From contig OX597817.1 in assembly GCA_951406725.2 (NCBI GenBank), positions 118,420,001-118,484,000 on the forward strand: DNA of 64,000 nt, given 5' to 3'. Position 1 is the first letter of the stretch. Each line of letters starts with the position of its first letter. The position numbers were made by a program, and so were the translations under genes. This stretch comes from Octopus vulgaris. Taxonomy: Eukaryota. The notes beneath the pieces were generated by a model. The model was not told the origin of the DNA, made no database searches, and saw nothing but the letters and a program-made list of their open reading frames with translations. Of this stretch, positions 1-12,975 are shown in pieces.

Positions 1-63
1 TGATATGCAAGAGCACACAGAAGAATGGATTCGGATAAAGAATCTAGTGAAATCCATTTTTAT

Positions 64-100
<37 letters not shown>

Positions 101-213
101 TTAATGTCTGCAACGGGTACAGGTTATCGGATATGCTTATGAGGTCCATATTTTACAGATCCTATTTCCAAAAATCCGTAATGTTCAGAGAATTAATATA
201 ATTATTAACAAGA

Positions 214-340
214 AGGCAGCGAGCTGGCCGGGCAAAGTGCTTAGCGGCATTTTTACAGTCTTTAATTTCGGAATTCATATTCCGCCAAGGTTGAGTTTGC
301 TTTTCATCTTTTGTGGGTCGATAAAATATGTAAATTTGCA
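214..340 (+). mobile_element. Degenerate tRNA-derived SINE (family B), partial
   Basis: ggcagcgagctggc...gcttagcggcattt...gcttttcatcttttgtgggtcgataaaat matches the intact copy at 13565-13792. Confidence 0.7.
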
Positions 341-426
341 AGTGAAACAGTTGTAAATGCATGTAATAACACAATTTACTCATTCCACTCTCTTTGATAC
401 TAACAATCATATATATTTGGAGTGTG

Positions 427-474
<48 letters not shown>

Positions 475-1095
475 TATATATACATACACACGCACACACA
501 CACACATATATATATATATATTCGCATGAATATAGATGTGTTTTACTGTAATCGATGTGTCTGTTCAAATGTATCACCGTACTCGTAGCTTCCTATATGC
601 TCATATATGTCGTATCTCAAATTTCGTGCCTACCTATGCATTTATATATGCATAATGTATGAATATACGTGATAATGAATGCATTATTTATATATCTACA
701 CTACATTTCAACTAATTACAAAGAGTATATTTCATATTTTTACAAGTAACCATTTGTTTTTCCCTAACCAGTCTCACCCTATACGCCAGCATATATGAGT
801 GCAATGTCCTATATTGGTCACAGATGTAACGAAGAACAGGAAAACATACGTCTGAAATTCATGAAGCCTTTAGTGGTAGATTGGTGAATCAATTGTGTCG
901 ATACAAGTTTTTCCTGATATTAATGGAAAACATTATTGATCTTTTGGTCGCTTAATTACAGAATTATGCAAACGTCTTTTTCTTCTTTTTTGTTTTTCGA
1001 AAGCAAAATATTTCCATCGGAAGTTGCTTGAAGTTTCACATCGAGGCATCTATACATATAAACCAGCAGAGACACATCTCACATCGCACTCTCAC

Positions 1096-1201
<106 letters not shown>

Positions 1202-1204
1202 GCG

Positions 1205-1565
1205 TATTGTACGATACAAATAAGAAGATGATATATTTTCTGATATTGTTATGTGGAAATAGGTACAAGAGTCATGCACTATCGTAGAGGTCAGCGTCCC
1301 AGTAGATTTTGATCAAAAGCCTAGGAAAGAGAGGAACATCTATGGCGAATTAATGCGTGACTTACAGTTCTTGTACCCTGACTATGAATTCTCATTTGTA
1401 CCTATCATCATAGGTGCATTAGGTGATGTACCAACAAACTCGCACAAGTACCTTGAAATACTAGCTTCCCGGAAAAAGAGCAAAAAGAACTTTTGTAAAT
1501 TCTCCAAATCCAATCATAAGTGGTAGAGTGAAAATATGTAAGGGATTCCAAAATTCTCCATGTGA
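1205..1565 (+). pseudogene. 3' remnant of an RLE-endonuclease non-LTR retrotransposon (R4-like)
   Basis: Manual translation from about 1239: SDIVMWK*VQESCTIVEVSVPVD...IYGELMRDLQFLYPDYEFSFVPIIIGALGDVP, matching the PD-(D/E)xK region and IIGALG C-terminal motif; internal stop; abuts (TA)n. Confidence 0.75.
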
Positions 1566-1774
1566 GATTCTTATGTGAATATATGCACACACTTGGGTGT
1601 ATGCATCGACAGTTCAAACAGCAGACCAAATCAACTACATGTTTACAAAAACCGGGAACTCTCTTAACTGAGAATGTCTTCTTGCTTTATTAGCAATCAG
1701 CCTGAACTTTTTCGGGAACATAAATTAAAGACAAAACATATAGACATTCATTAATAAACGTATGTATACATGTA

Positions 1775-2153
1775 CTCTTTTATACTTTTAATCATTTGGC
1801 TGTGGCCATGCTGGAGCACCGCCTTTAGTCGAGCAAATCGACCCAAGGACTTATTCTTTTTAAGCATAGCATTTATTATATCGGTTTCTTTTTGCCGAAC
1901 AGCTAAGTTACGGGGACGTAAACACACCAACATCGGTTTTCAAGCGATGTTAGGCAGGGAGACAAACACAGACACACAAACACATACATATATGCATGGG
2001 CTTCTTTCATCTTTCAGTTTCCGTCCACCAAATCCACTCACAAAGCTTTGGTCTTCCCGAGGCTATAGTAGAAGGCACTTTCCCAAGGTGCCACGCAGTG
2101 GGACTGAACCCGGAACCATGTGGTTGGTAAGCAAGCCCTTTACCACACAACCA
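1775..2153 (-). mobile_element. tRNA-derived SINE family A, near full length
   Basis: Reverse complement begins gtggttgtgtggtaaag...ggttccgggttcagtcccactgcgtggcaccttggg (A/B boxes); same family at 27750-28166, 30140-30360, 35960-36110 and 63912-64000. Confidence 0.85.
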
Positions 2154-2244
2154 CTTATAATCTTTTATAAGATGTTATAATAATTAGTATTATTACCACT
2201 TTTAAAATAAATCATTGTTGTTGTTGTTGTTGCTGTTCCTAATA

Positions 2245-2372
2245 CGCTTTGAGTTCAAATTCCGCCGAGGTCGCCTTTCATCCTTTTCGAGTCAATAACT
2301 TAAGTAACGTTGAAATCGACTAGTCCCCTCTCCACCAAATTTCAGGACTTGCGCCTTTCTGTAGAAAGGATT
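2245..2372 (+). mobile_element. SINE family B, 5'-truncated
   Basis: gagttcaaattccgccgaggtcgcctttcatcctttt shared with the 13565-13792 copy; followed by (CTT)n/(ATT)n. Confidence 0.75.
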
Positions 2373-2418
2373 CTTCTTCTTCTTCTTCTTCTTCTTCTTA
2401 TTCTTCTTCTTCTTCTTC

Positions 2419-2464
<46 letters not shown>

Positions 2465-2466
2465 CA

Positions 2467-2530
<64 letters not shown>

Positions 2531-2557
2531 CATTATTATTATTATTATTATTATTAT
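2371..2557. repeat. Compound (CTT)n(ATT)n microsatellite
   Basis: Seen directly. Confidence 0.95.
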
Positions 2558-5479
2558 ATTTTTGAACATTGATATGCTGTACCGAGAGTTGCAAGACTAT
2601 GAAATATATTTTTCTATTCGGTGGATGCAAAAATGTTCTTTTATTGAGCATGTAGACTTTGTTGTTACTTGATGTTAACTGGTGATGGAAGAAGCAATAG
2701 AATTGGACGGATAATATGAGTGGAAACACGCTTGTTAATCGGAGAAAAGATTGAAAAAAAAAAACCAAATAAAACAAACAGGAGCCATAATATCATATTG
2801 CACAACAACATTATCACTATACCACAAACATCAAATGAAATGAAAATAATATTGCAGCAGTAGTCGCCAACAATGTCAATATCGAAGATAACGCAAATAC
2901 CAAGAGCATCAATGAGAAAAGAATGTGTCTCGAAGAAGAATCTACACTGTCGCCCCATCAGCAAGAAACAGTTAACAAATGCTTTAGGAATTACGCTCTT
3001 TGTCAGTACCTTTTTGACACAACCATACCCGGGATTGTTCAGCGTTTTGTCTTAAATTTGTGCTAGGATCGTATTGGATGGTTTTTACTCTTATTTAAAA
3101 GCACGTCATGAAGGCGATTTCCCATTGGCTTACGCAAGCCAACTGACACTTTGAGACTGAAGCTGTTCATACTTTGTTAAAACTACTGAAAGCCTACGAC
3201 TGCAACAAAGACATACTCAGGATGCAACAATTGCAACTGGAGGGAATTCTCGGCTCATAGAACACAGCGAAATTTGATATGAGGGTATGAGGAGAAACGA
3301 ATAAGCCAAGAGTATTTCGGAATAGGAGATGAAAGACCAAAAATCTTTGAAGTGCATATTCCATTGTTGTACATCGAAACAATTTGTGTATACAATAGAG
3401 GTTAGTGCGTGTCTTTGAGTCCTTTTCTTATAATCAATCGCGGAATTTTTCTTTGGTTATGATTTGTGCGCGTTTGAGATGATTGAACAGTCCTCTATTT
3501 TGGATCTAACTGAGCTTTGTAAAACGTTAATATCTGTTGGGGGTTGAACTATCTTGTGACTCTAACAGTCTTAGCTATGTTAAGGATGTGTTCGCCTGGA
3601 AACATGCTTAGTGTTAGAGAGGTCCAGCATTCATCGCCTTCCCAAACAACCTGCTTGCGTAGCCACTTAAGTTATCGTTTGTAAACCGACCTATAAGGAG
3701 ATGAACCGTGCACTTTCATAAAAGTGATGAATAAAGTGTTGCACGGCAGCTGATGAACTTGCGACCCGGTTGATATAACAGAATATGAGAAGCCTTTGTG
3801 CAAGTCCTAGTTGGTAGATTTCGTAAAATAACAGGGATAATGGCTTGTGATATTTAGTTATATCTTCTTACGTTATTAATACACACCAAGCTGGTGTCAA
3901 AATTCTCCTTTCATCCTACGAAATATGTTCTGGTCAGGAACTTGAGTCTAAACGATTATGTCCCAAATTTGTGGAATTGTAACTATGTTCGACACCTATA
4001 ACTAGCACCGGATACAAATATATAAATATGCCTAATTCTGTGAATATAGGCAGAAATAATTGTTTTTGAGAAGGTATGCACATTATATGCACTTTAAATT
4101 TTGCCATATAATGTTCAATTCAATTTTGCTGTAGCCTTCATAACAAATATTTCTGGCCTTGCCAATCTCGCCACTCTATAAAGAACAATATTTGTGTAAT
4201 GCATAATGAGGGTTTAGTAATTTATTTGCATTTATATGAGTTGAAACGAAAATATTTTAATGAGTCTAGTCTTTTTATGAGCAATAAATAGCGTACAAAT
4301 TGCTCTCTATTAGATGAAATTTATACCTGTATTTTGTATACGACATAGCAACAAGCTTCACAAAATATGATTAGCAAAATTACCTACTATTAAAGGAACA
4401 AGAGAAACGCTATGAAATAATTCATCATTATATTCCAAAACTAATTCAAGAGTTTATCATTGTGATATTATGTAGTTGGGTGTGTAAATAAATATGAAAC
4501 AATATTAACGTCCTAAAGTCATCTTCATTATTGTTTTCTCAACGCCGTAACCCCGTCAAGATCAAAGTGACATCAATTAGATTATTAATTTCACCGCTGT
4601 TGCTGGAAATCAAATTTAAAATATTATGTTTGATTAAACTAGACAGTAAAATAGGGAAAGATATTCGGAAGAATGCCAAGAAAATGGTGATTATAATCAA
4701 ATTATATATGGCCCGGAAACCAAGCGCGATTTTATCTGATCAGTGCCAGAGAAACCTTGTCAAAGATAAAGCACTAATAAGAAATTACAATTGAATTTTA
4801 TAGCAGAAACGTAGCGTGATAGAGCTACAACAGTTCACCAAAATGGAAACTAATTCAGTGCCTGTTCCCAGTAGAGATTCCTTAACTCTTTTGTTGTTAA
4901 TGCCATTCAAATTATATACATTTAGTAATATAACTGAATCAGTGGTACAACTTTAGAATATTTATGGTACTAAAGGAACAAGACTTTTAATATAGAAAAC
5001 ATATTTTTGCTACATTTGGTTAAATAGGCATACGGGGAAATCAGATATGTTTATTGCATGTTTTAATAATTAACTATGTATATGTGTTCATATCAATAGA
5101 AACCGTATCCAAAACGTAGTTTTCAAAGTAATGTAAAAATATAAAGGAGAAACAGTTATTATTAACAATATTCATGGAATACAATTTCAAATGAATTACA
5201 TAATTTACAAGTTAAGCAGTCTACGCCGATTCTTCTCATTACCGTAACACAGCTTGAAAGACTATACAACTTCAATATCAATGCACACAACACAACGGCA
5301 AAATAAAAGGAAACATAAAGTAGACAGTTCATGAAATTTGCAGTAATGAAATTAAAAATTACAAATTTGGGAAGGAATACATACGTATACCAGGATTTAA
5401 CAGTGAAAGACTCGAGTCACCATTTAAAATGACATAAAACAATCAGTATTCGAATCCTACTACACCGAACCAACACTTT

Positions 5480-5704
<225 letters not shown>

Positions 5705-5705
<1 letters not shown>

Positions 5706-6086
5706 AATATTCTGCAACTACAACTACAGCTGCTTGTACTTGACCTTAACTAGTTGAGCATATCGCTTAGTGGCTGACGATATGTGCATCTTTGATCACG
5801 TGCAAAAGTAGATGAGAATGTTTGAGGTTTGAAAAACTCACCTCTGGAAACATGAGTGTTTCGCTCATCATCCTTAAGCAACCCTTATTTAGAGACCTTT
5901 TGAACGGGATGGGCTAATCGAGCAGAAGAAAATTCTAACTGGTCTCCGCCCTATTAATCTTGATATGAGATCACCATGTCGTGCAAATATGGATGCGATG
6001 CATATACCTGGCGTACTCTTATCAAACGGGCTCACATGATGGGTATACTGGAATTTATGCTGATGGCGTGTGCTGTTCTCAGCCTG
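5705..6086 (+). mobile_element. Diverged copy of a ~540-bp non-coding element found in (AAT)n arrays
   Basis: ttgaccttaactagttgagcat...gtggctgacgatatgtgcatc...gatatgagatcaccatgtcg shared with 43637-43980 and 46941-47477; ends in (AAT)n. Confidence 0.8.
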
Positions 6087-6092
6087 AATAAC

Positions 6093-6169
<77 letters not shown>

Positions 6170-6270
6170 TAATAAAAATAATAATAATAATAACAACAAC
6201 AACAACAAAAACAACAACAACATCGATAAATACCTTAGAAATTTGAACCCAGGTTCGAAATTTCCCCCAA

Positions 6271-6316
6271 GACACCTGATGAAGGCTGGAGGGTATGTCA
6301 GTCAAAACGTTGTGTT
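6271..6316 (+). ncRNA. Minimal type-I hammerhead ribozyme motif (G12>A), within a Penelope pLTR-like unit at 6222-6362
   Basis: gacac-CTGATGA-a-ggctg..cagtc-AAAA-cg-T-T-gtgtt; stem I gacac/gtgtt; the sister copy at 42477-42522 retains cagcc-GAAA. Confidence 0.7.
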
Positions 6317-6362
6317 AACAACAAACAAGATGCGGGCAAATATCTGTTAAATGTAAATAATA

Positions 6363-7129
6363 CAAAAGGCCAGTTGTAAAAGTCCACAGCCTCCCTTTTT
6401 TCTTTGCACTCGTTCTACATCTGCCTTGCGGTAGTGCATTCTACGCATTGTCAACAGTTTTCATATTTTTCTGTCAACATTACATATTTCAGTAATTGAC
6501 CAGTTAATGATACTGAAACTGTAAGTCACTACTGGTATGGCATTCCCCCTGCAATAACATTATCTTCTGATCCTTTCCTTCATCACTGAATGTTTGATTC
6601 TGTCCCCTTCCAATACCCCTAGGTATTGGTAGCTCACCGCTGGTTCTAACTCATTTATGGCATTCTACTTGTCAAGGTAAGCGTTGGATGTTTCTGTCAT
6701 TTTCCCTTTGATAATGGTAGCTTTTTAACATTTATCGAGGCATAATTGCATCCTAATGTCATCACTGAATTGTTTAACAATCGCTAGTAAGCCTTATAGT
6801 TGTTGGTAATTTTTTGCAAAGAACTTTAAATCGTCCATATAAAGGAAATTATTTATATTTTTATCAAACATTTTAAAACCATACTGTACATCATTCAGCA
6901 ATTTTGAGAGAGGTATTAAGACTAGACAAAAGAGGTGTGGTGATAGTGAGTCATCCTGGAAAATGCTACATGAAATTCTTACATCTCCAGCTTTGAGAGA
7001 TTCATTGTCACTGTTCAAAGACAGTGTGGCTCTCCATGATCTCATACTTACAGAGAAAACGTTTCGCAGAATAGGTGCTATTTTATACATTTCCAGACAT
7101 TTCTTAAACCAGCTATGTGGTTGACTATC
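6363..7129 (-). pseudogene. R4/Dong-type LINE reverse transcriptase fragment
   Basis: ORF 6794-7132 (PHSW..KCLEMYKIAP..IFQDDSLSPHLFCL..LYMDDLK) is closely similar to the 44449-45075 RT. Confidence 0.9.
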
Positions 7130-7305
7130 CACTGACTGGAATCAAACTCTGAATCTTGGGGTTAGTAGCCCGCGCTCTTAACCACTATGCCATATTACCT
7201 TGAGCAATTATGGAGTGAATTTTAGGGCTTATAAATCTAAACTTTTCCTGTCTTTCCTTAATACCGCTTCCCATATGCTATTCATATCTGCACTCGGTCT
7301 GCATA
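7130..7305 (-). mobile_element. tRNA-like cassette (A/B boxes) plus upstream flank of the tRNA-hammerhead element
   Basis: Reverse complement tggcatagtggttaagagcgcgggctactaaccccaagattcagagtttgattcc matches 42650-42704. Confidence 0.75.
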
Positions 7306-7684
7306 AAAAATATATAAGTAAGGCAAAAAATTAGATTTAAGTATAATTAACTTTTTTTACTTTCGGATTGAAGTATAATTAACTTTTTTACTTTAAAAAC
7401 GAACTATATTTTAATTTAGCTTAAATGATAGATCTCAATTCGATGAATTTCGTGGTATCAATCTCATGTAATGAAGTCTTAAAAGTGTTTGTTTCTCAAA
7501 TTTGAGAGTGATAATATAGTTCTATACTTTTTTATGCACATAGCTCTAGATAAAGGACTTATGATATATATCACCGGCATCATTTAGGTAAGGAAAAAAT
7601 TATCACCGACACCGCTAATTGACACATTTGACAGGCACATTATTAATTAGCATAATAGCATAGCCTGGAAAAAAACCATGGATC

Positions 7685-8495
7685 CCATGGAAAAATACGA
7701 GCAAAAGAAATAATATTCTTAACATTATAAAAATTGAAAAGAACAGGACAAGTTATTACAGTTGGAAAAATTCATGGCGAGATGTCATATCTCGTAAAGT
7801 ACAGAACAAGTAATTTTTTACTTAAAATATTGCAGCTAAGGATAAAATTTGAATATTAAAAATTATTTGATTTTAATTTACAAAGTAACATTATAATTAA
7901 AGAAAGTACAACTAGACACACTAGAATACTTAACAAATGAGAGCAAGAAATACAAATATAGTTAAGTTTTATGCAAAGTAGAATAGTATATATGGTAGAC
8001 AAATTCAATACGTAAGAAATAGGTATTGAGTGAAGACTAAAAAATGTGGAGACTGGGCAATATCTTAGGCAATAACTCAAGCAAATTTTATTGAAAATTT
8101 GTTGTTATAGGTAGATTCTACTGTAATATATAACTAATTTTTGTATTATTCTATTTATTGCACTAATTAGTTACTACTATTATTTTTTGTAACCTATTTT
8201 CAAATTTATAATTATTAATAAATAATTAAAAATGATTTTTTAAAGGGAACTATGTTTTTATTTTTAATAGAAGTAACAAGTAATGACAAATAGAAGTAAT
8301 AACTTGAAATAAATTGTTTTTGTTTTAATAAAAGCTTAATATTTTCTAAATCTAAATATTTTGTTTGAAATTTAATCCTTAGCTGCAATATTTTAAGTAA
8401 AAGTTCTATAACTTGGCCGGAACTTTTCCAACTGTAATAGCTCGTGCTGTACTATTCCAGTTTTTACTATTTCTCTCGCTCGCACGTTTCCAAGT
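7685..8495. repeat. Diverged long inverted repeat (arms ~7685-7855 and ~8360-8495), probable foldback/MITE relic
   Basis: ttttacttaaaatattgcagctaaggat and tattacagttggaaaa have reverse complements in the right arm. Confidence 0.75.
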
Positions 8496-9934
8496 AATAC
8501 AACTATGATGTGCAGAACTGAACTGAAAAGTTAAGATATTACATAGACCGTATGTGGTAGAATCAAACAGAATCAATCCCTGACAGAGAAAACTTTACTT
8601 TGGGGATGATTAAGACTGGTGCATACTGACTAATAACCAAATCTCCTAAATATACACGAAATACAAAAATTAGCATTACGTTGTACCGCACATATACTAA
8701 ATAGGGTTCTTACAAAAGGCGTATAGTACTGCGCTCCGCTGTGCTTGGAAAAAATTATACAAGTATTTATAGCGAAATTATAGAGCTAATAAATGAAGGC
8801 TAACACATAAAAAAGAAGCATATTTTCTGTATTATAATGGAACAAAGGAGAGCAGGGGTGGGCAGAATCTGTAGAGCGATAAATCAAATACCCTGTAGAA
8901 TACATTATAAAGTTGCTTTATTTGTTGAGCTCATATCCTGCCAACATCAAGTTTGCTATTTATCCTTTTAGTGTCGAGGAAATGAGTACTGGTAATAATA
9001 CAATACTGAGTCGATACAATAGACTGCCTTCTCTAAAACTACGTGGCCTTGTTTTCTATTGCAGAAACCAACAGAGTAAAGTGGAACGAATTAAATATAG
9101 AGAAATACATGCTTCTTGTAATTACTGTAATGACAGACGTGCAATATTTGTTGTTCTTTCACCCCAGTTTGATATGATTGTCAAAGTCATTTCAGCCATA
9201 AGCTTCGGGATTTTAAGAAAGACGATAGAATGTATTTTAGGGGATTTAGCTGTTATTTCTAACAGATTGATCAATAGTACAGAGGTTCCCTCGTCGATTA
9301 GTGAAGTGATTCCAACTGGCAATCAAACTTATTTTCTTGAAGATTTTATCAACCAAAGCTTGACACCTATATTTATTCCAGCCAATGGCTATTGCCAACT
9401 TTATCCCCGAATGACATATCAACATCACACTTTAGAAGTTATCTTTGACTTACGTTCTGGTTTCTCATTCTGTCTACAGATACCTCTCTGTATATTGTCT
9501 CTCTTCCTCTTTCCTTCCCCCTCACTCACCCTTTCTCTTTCTTTCTCTATTCTTTCCCAGAATTCTCTTTCTCTCCCTTTCTCTCTCCTTTCCCCTCTCT
9601 CTCTCTCTTTCTCTATGTCCCCCTCGTTTCCTCTCTCTCTTTGTATGAATCATGAATTGCAGTGAAGCAGAAAATGGAACGATCACAGTAGAATGCTAAT
9701 TAATTTTTGACATACAGACTAAAACTCAACAATGTACAGAAGGTGGAAAGACAGAAACAACGCGTATATATTCATACACATTCACATGCGGATGTACACA
9801 CACATGCACATATTCATGCCCCATTGTGTCTGTGTATACGTGAGTTCGTGTGTTCACGTTCGTGTATACATCTATACATGTTATAAGCATATGTGTGGAG
9901 ATATAAATACATACATACATGCATGCATACATGT

Positions 9935-10132
9935 AGATAAATAGTCAGATAGACAGACAAACAGGCAGGCAGGCAAATAGAGAGACAGAGAGACGGATGG
10001 AAGGACAATAGATCGATCGATAGATAGATAGACAAACGATAGATAGATCCATTGATCGATCGATAGATAGACAGATAGGTAGATAGATAGATAGCTAGAC
10101 AGACATACAAACAGACAGACAGACAAATAGAC

Positions 10133-10215
<83 letters not shown>

Positions 10216-10228
10216 CAAATAGACAGAC

Positions 10229-10300
<72 letters not shown>
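9935..10300. repeat. (GATA)n/(GACA)n microsatellite
   Basis: Seen directly. Confidence 0.95.
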
Positions 10301-10301
<1 letters not shown>

Positions 10302-10921
10302 CGCTACAAAAGGTTGTAGACCACGAGTATTGTGTAACACATTGTCAGTAAGCGTCTTGTCTATTGCTGACTTCTGTTATTTTTTAAAATTAAACTGATG
10401 GTCCCATTACTAAATACAAACAATATAACATTTCTGTTATGCATTTTTATGTATGCTTCACTGCTATATGCATGACCCACATTAATCTGCATTCGCTACT
10501 TTAAGCTGCATCCAACAATCATATCAAAATGTGTACCTTATTAGACAAGGTATTAGAAGAGGCAAAATAAATGAGATTCAAAATATAAATAGATGTAGAT
10601 ACTGAAATCAAATAATTAAAATATAACCATATATACTTCTGAAAAGACGTAAGTGATGTAAAAATAAAGGCATGAGTATGAAAACCGTAAAAAAACACCT
10701 GTAATAGAATTCCAGTTGATAAGTTTTAAACAACTGAAATCCTTGCTTCTTTGACGCAAACTTAATTTAGCCATTCAACACATATGTTAGAGCAACAATA
10801 AAATGAGCTGATATTTAATGGAATAAAAGCACATTGACACGAACACAGAAAAAGTTGCTGCATTCCGAATCTACTGATAGAATATATATATAAAGGAAGA
10901 GAGACAGAGAAACAGAGACAA

Positions 10922-10988
<67 letters not shown>

Positions 10989-11449
10989 CCTTATATATGT
11001 ATGATACATATGAAGCTATTATATTAGATCAAATAAAATACTTTCGAACAAGCAATGGTAGACTGCTTAATATAAAGAAAGAACGTAAAAATTATTTAGA
11101 TTTCAAGAAACGTTTCTCTGTATATAGGTAAAGTATAATGTACAAACTGGAAACTAAGTATACGGAGGAAAAAACAATCTTAACTTAAAAATAGTAGTAA
11201 ATAAAAGACAAATTTAAAACGTAAAATCAAAGCGAAAGTTTAAAAGTTACTAACAAAAAACTTTACAAAAATCAAACTCCATGGTAATTCACTGCAAGAA
11301 AAGACATTTAGAAACTACGCTAAAATGAAAGCCAAGAATGGCACAATTTCTCGCATAGCAGTAGCAAGAGGTTTTATTTTATTTTCAAAAGATCAATAGT
11401 TAACTAAAATAAATATACTAAAATGAGCCAATTAAAGAAGTGGCTATTA

Positions 11450-11950
11450 TTACCCACTATACAGTCTGCATGACGTAATAATCAGCCACATTCTTACTAA
11501 CTCGTCGCAAAGGCAGAACTTAACTGCAGGCATAACGAGAGACAAGTAGCTCTGTAAGTGGTGTAATAAGAAGATACTCCGTATCAAAGGATATAGTAAT
11601 ACATAACTAATTTACATGTAAAATATTCTGCGCAGCGGATATATGTGTCTAGACTGATATTAAAGCAAATCTCTTAGATACTATGATTCAAAACTTCATT
11701 TAAATTATTTGTTTTCCCATAGCATTTTCTATTTTTTTCAGCTACGACAATACTCGAAAAGATAACAGAAAACAATCCAAATACAATAACTTCAGAATAC
11801 AAATAAGCAGGATGCAGGTAAAGAGAATAAAATCAATACCAATAATAACTAATGGACATATCATGATCAAAATGAATATGAAAAATACTTAAATACAAGT
11901 AAATGGACTCGTGATTTTAGACAAAATAAAAATTACATGATCGGTGAATT
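11450..11950 (+). pseudogene. Very old R4-like LINE C-terminal remnant
   Basis: Residual peptides ISHILT..RHN (~11480-11535) and KQSKYNNFRIQISRMQVKRIKSIPII (~11770-11848) resemble the zinc-knuckle/RLE motifs of the 45150-46620 ORF. Confidence 0.45.
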
Positions 11951-12549
11951 TTCTCTACAAAGTGGCAAAATCTACATCAAGTCAAAGAAGGAAGGATACA
12001 TTAAAATATATCGGTACAATGTATTTCTAGAGAGAATTGACTGTCAAGACTTGAATACTTTTATCACAGGCTTCCTCATTCAAGGTTAACCTTAATTTAA
12101 ACAAATGTATGCGCAATCAAAAATAACGCCGTCACAGGTACATCTTGTCTTCTATAGAACTTATTCTGAGGATTCTGGTATAAACATCACTGAACACGTC
12201 TTACATATTTTATCAATAGAATAACGGATCTTTCACAACATATAATGAAGACAACTGTTAAAATAACACAAGGAATAAAAAGAACCTCAACGTACAGTCC
12301 ACTGGTTAGGTCGGACTACACTACTCCATTTCTCTAACCCCCTGCTCTTATTTGTAGTGTTATCTCAGGTACGAAAATGTATCCGTTCAATTTTCAGTTG
12401 GTTGAGCAATAAAATTATTATATCTTTCCGGATAACAATACTGTTCAACTCTTGTAATGTCTTTGTATTTGTATCCCAGCAACCTGCCATTCGGATCTTT
12501 GCTGTACTTCATAACCGATGCGCCTCAGTAATAGAAATAACAATAACAA

Positions 12550-12748
12550 TTTCTCCTCATTTTGGAACAAAGTCAGCATTTTTTGTGGGAGGAGGTTAGC
12601 CGATTATATAGACCCCAGTATTCAACTGGTATTGATTTTATCAACCCTGAAAGAACGACAAAGTTGACCTCGGCGGAGTTTGATATTTGCGCGCAAAAAT
12701 CCTGGAAAAAATTTAACCGATTTGCTAGAGATCCTGCTTGCTCGCCAC
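12550..12748 (-). mobile_element. SINE family B
   Basis: gaccccagtattcaactggtattgattttatcaaccctgaaag...gttgacctcggcggagtttga...gctcgcc is the reverse complement of family B. Confidence 0.75.
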
Positions 12749-12778
12749 TACAACAACAACAGTAACGACAACGACGAC

Positions 12779-12812
<34 letters not shown>

Positions 12813-12833
12813 TTTGCGAATTATTATTATTAT

Positions 12834-12897
<64 letters not shown>

Positions 12898-12975
12898 CGT
12901 AGTAGTAGTAGTAGTAGTAGTATCATCATCATCATCATCATCATCATCATTATCATCAACATTATTATTATTATT

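Noticed and set aside
8913-9665. 250-aa plus-strand ORF
   Set aside because: Starts in a degenerate family B SINE (~8860-9060), ends in a CT-rich repeat and has no recognisable domain; likely a chance open frame
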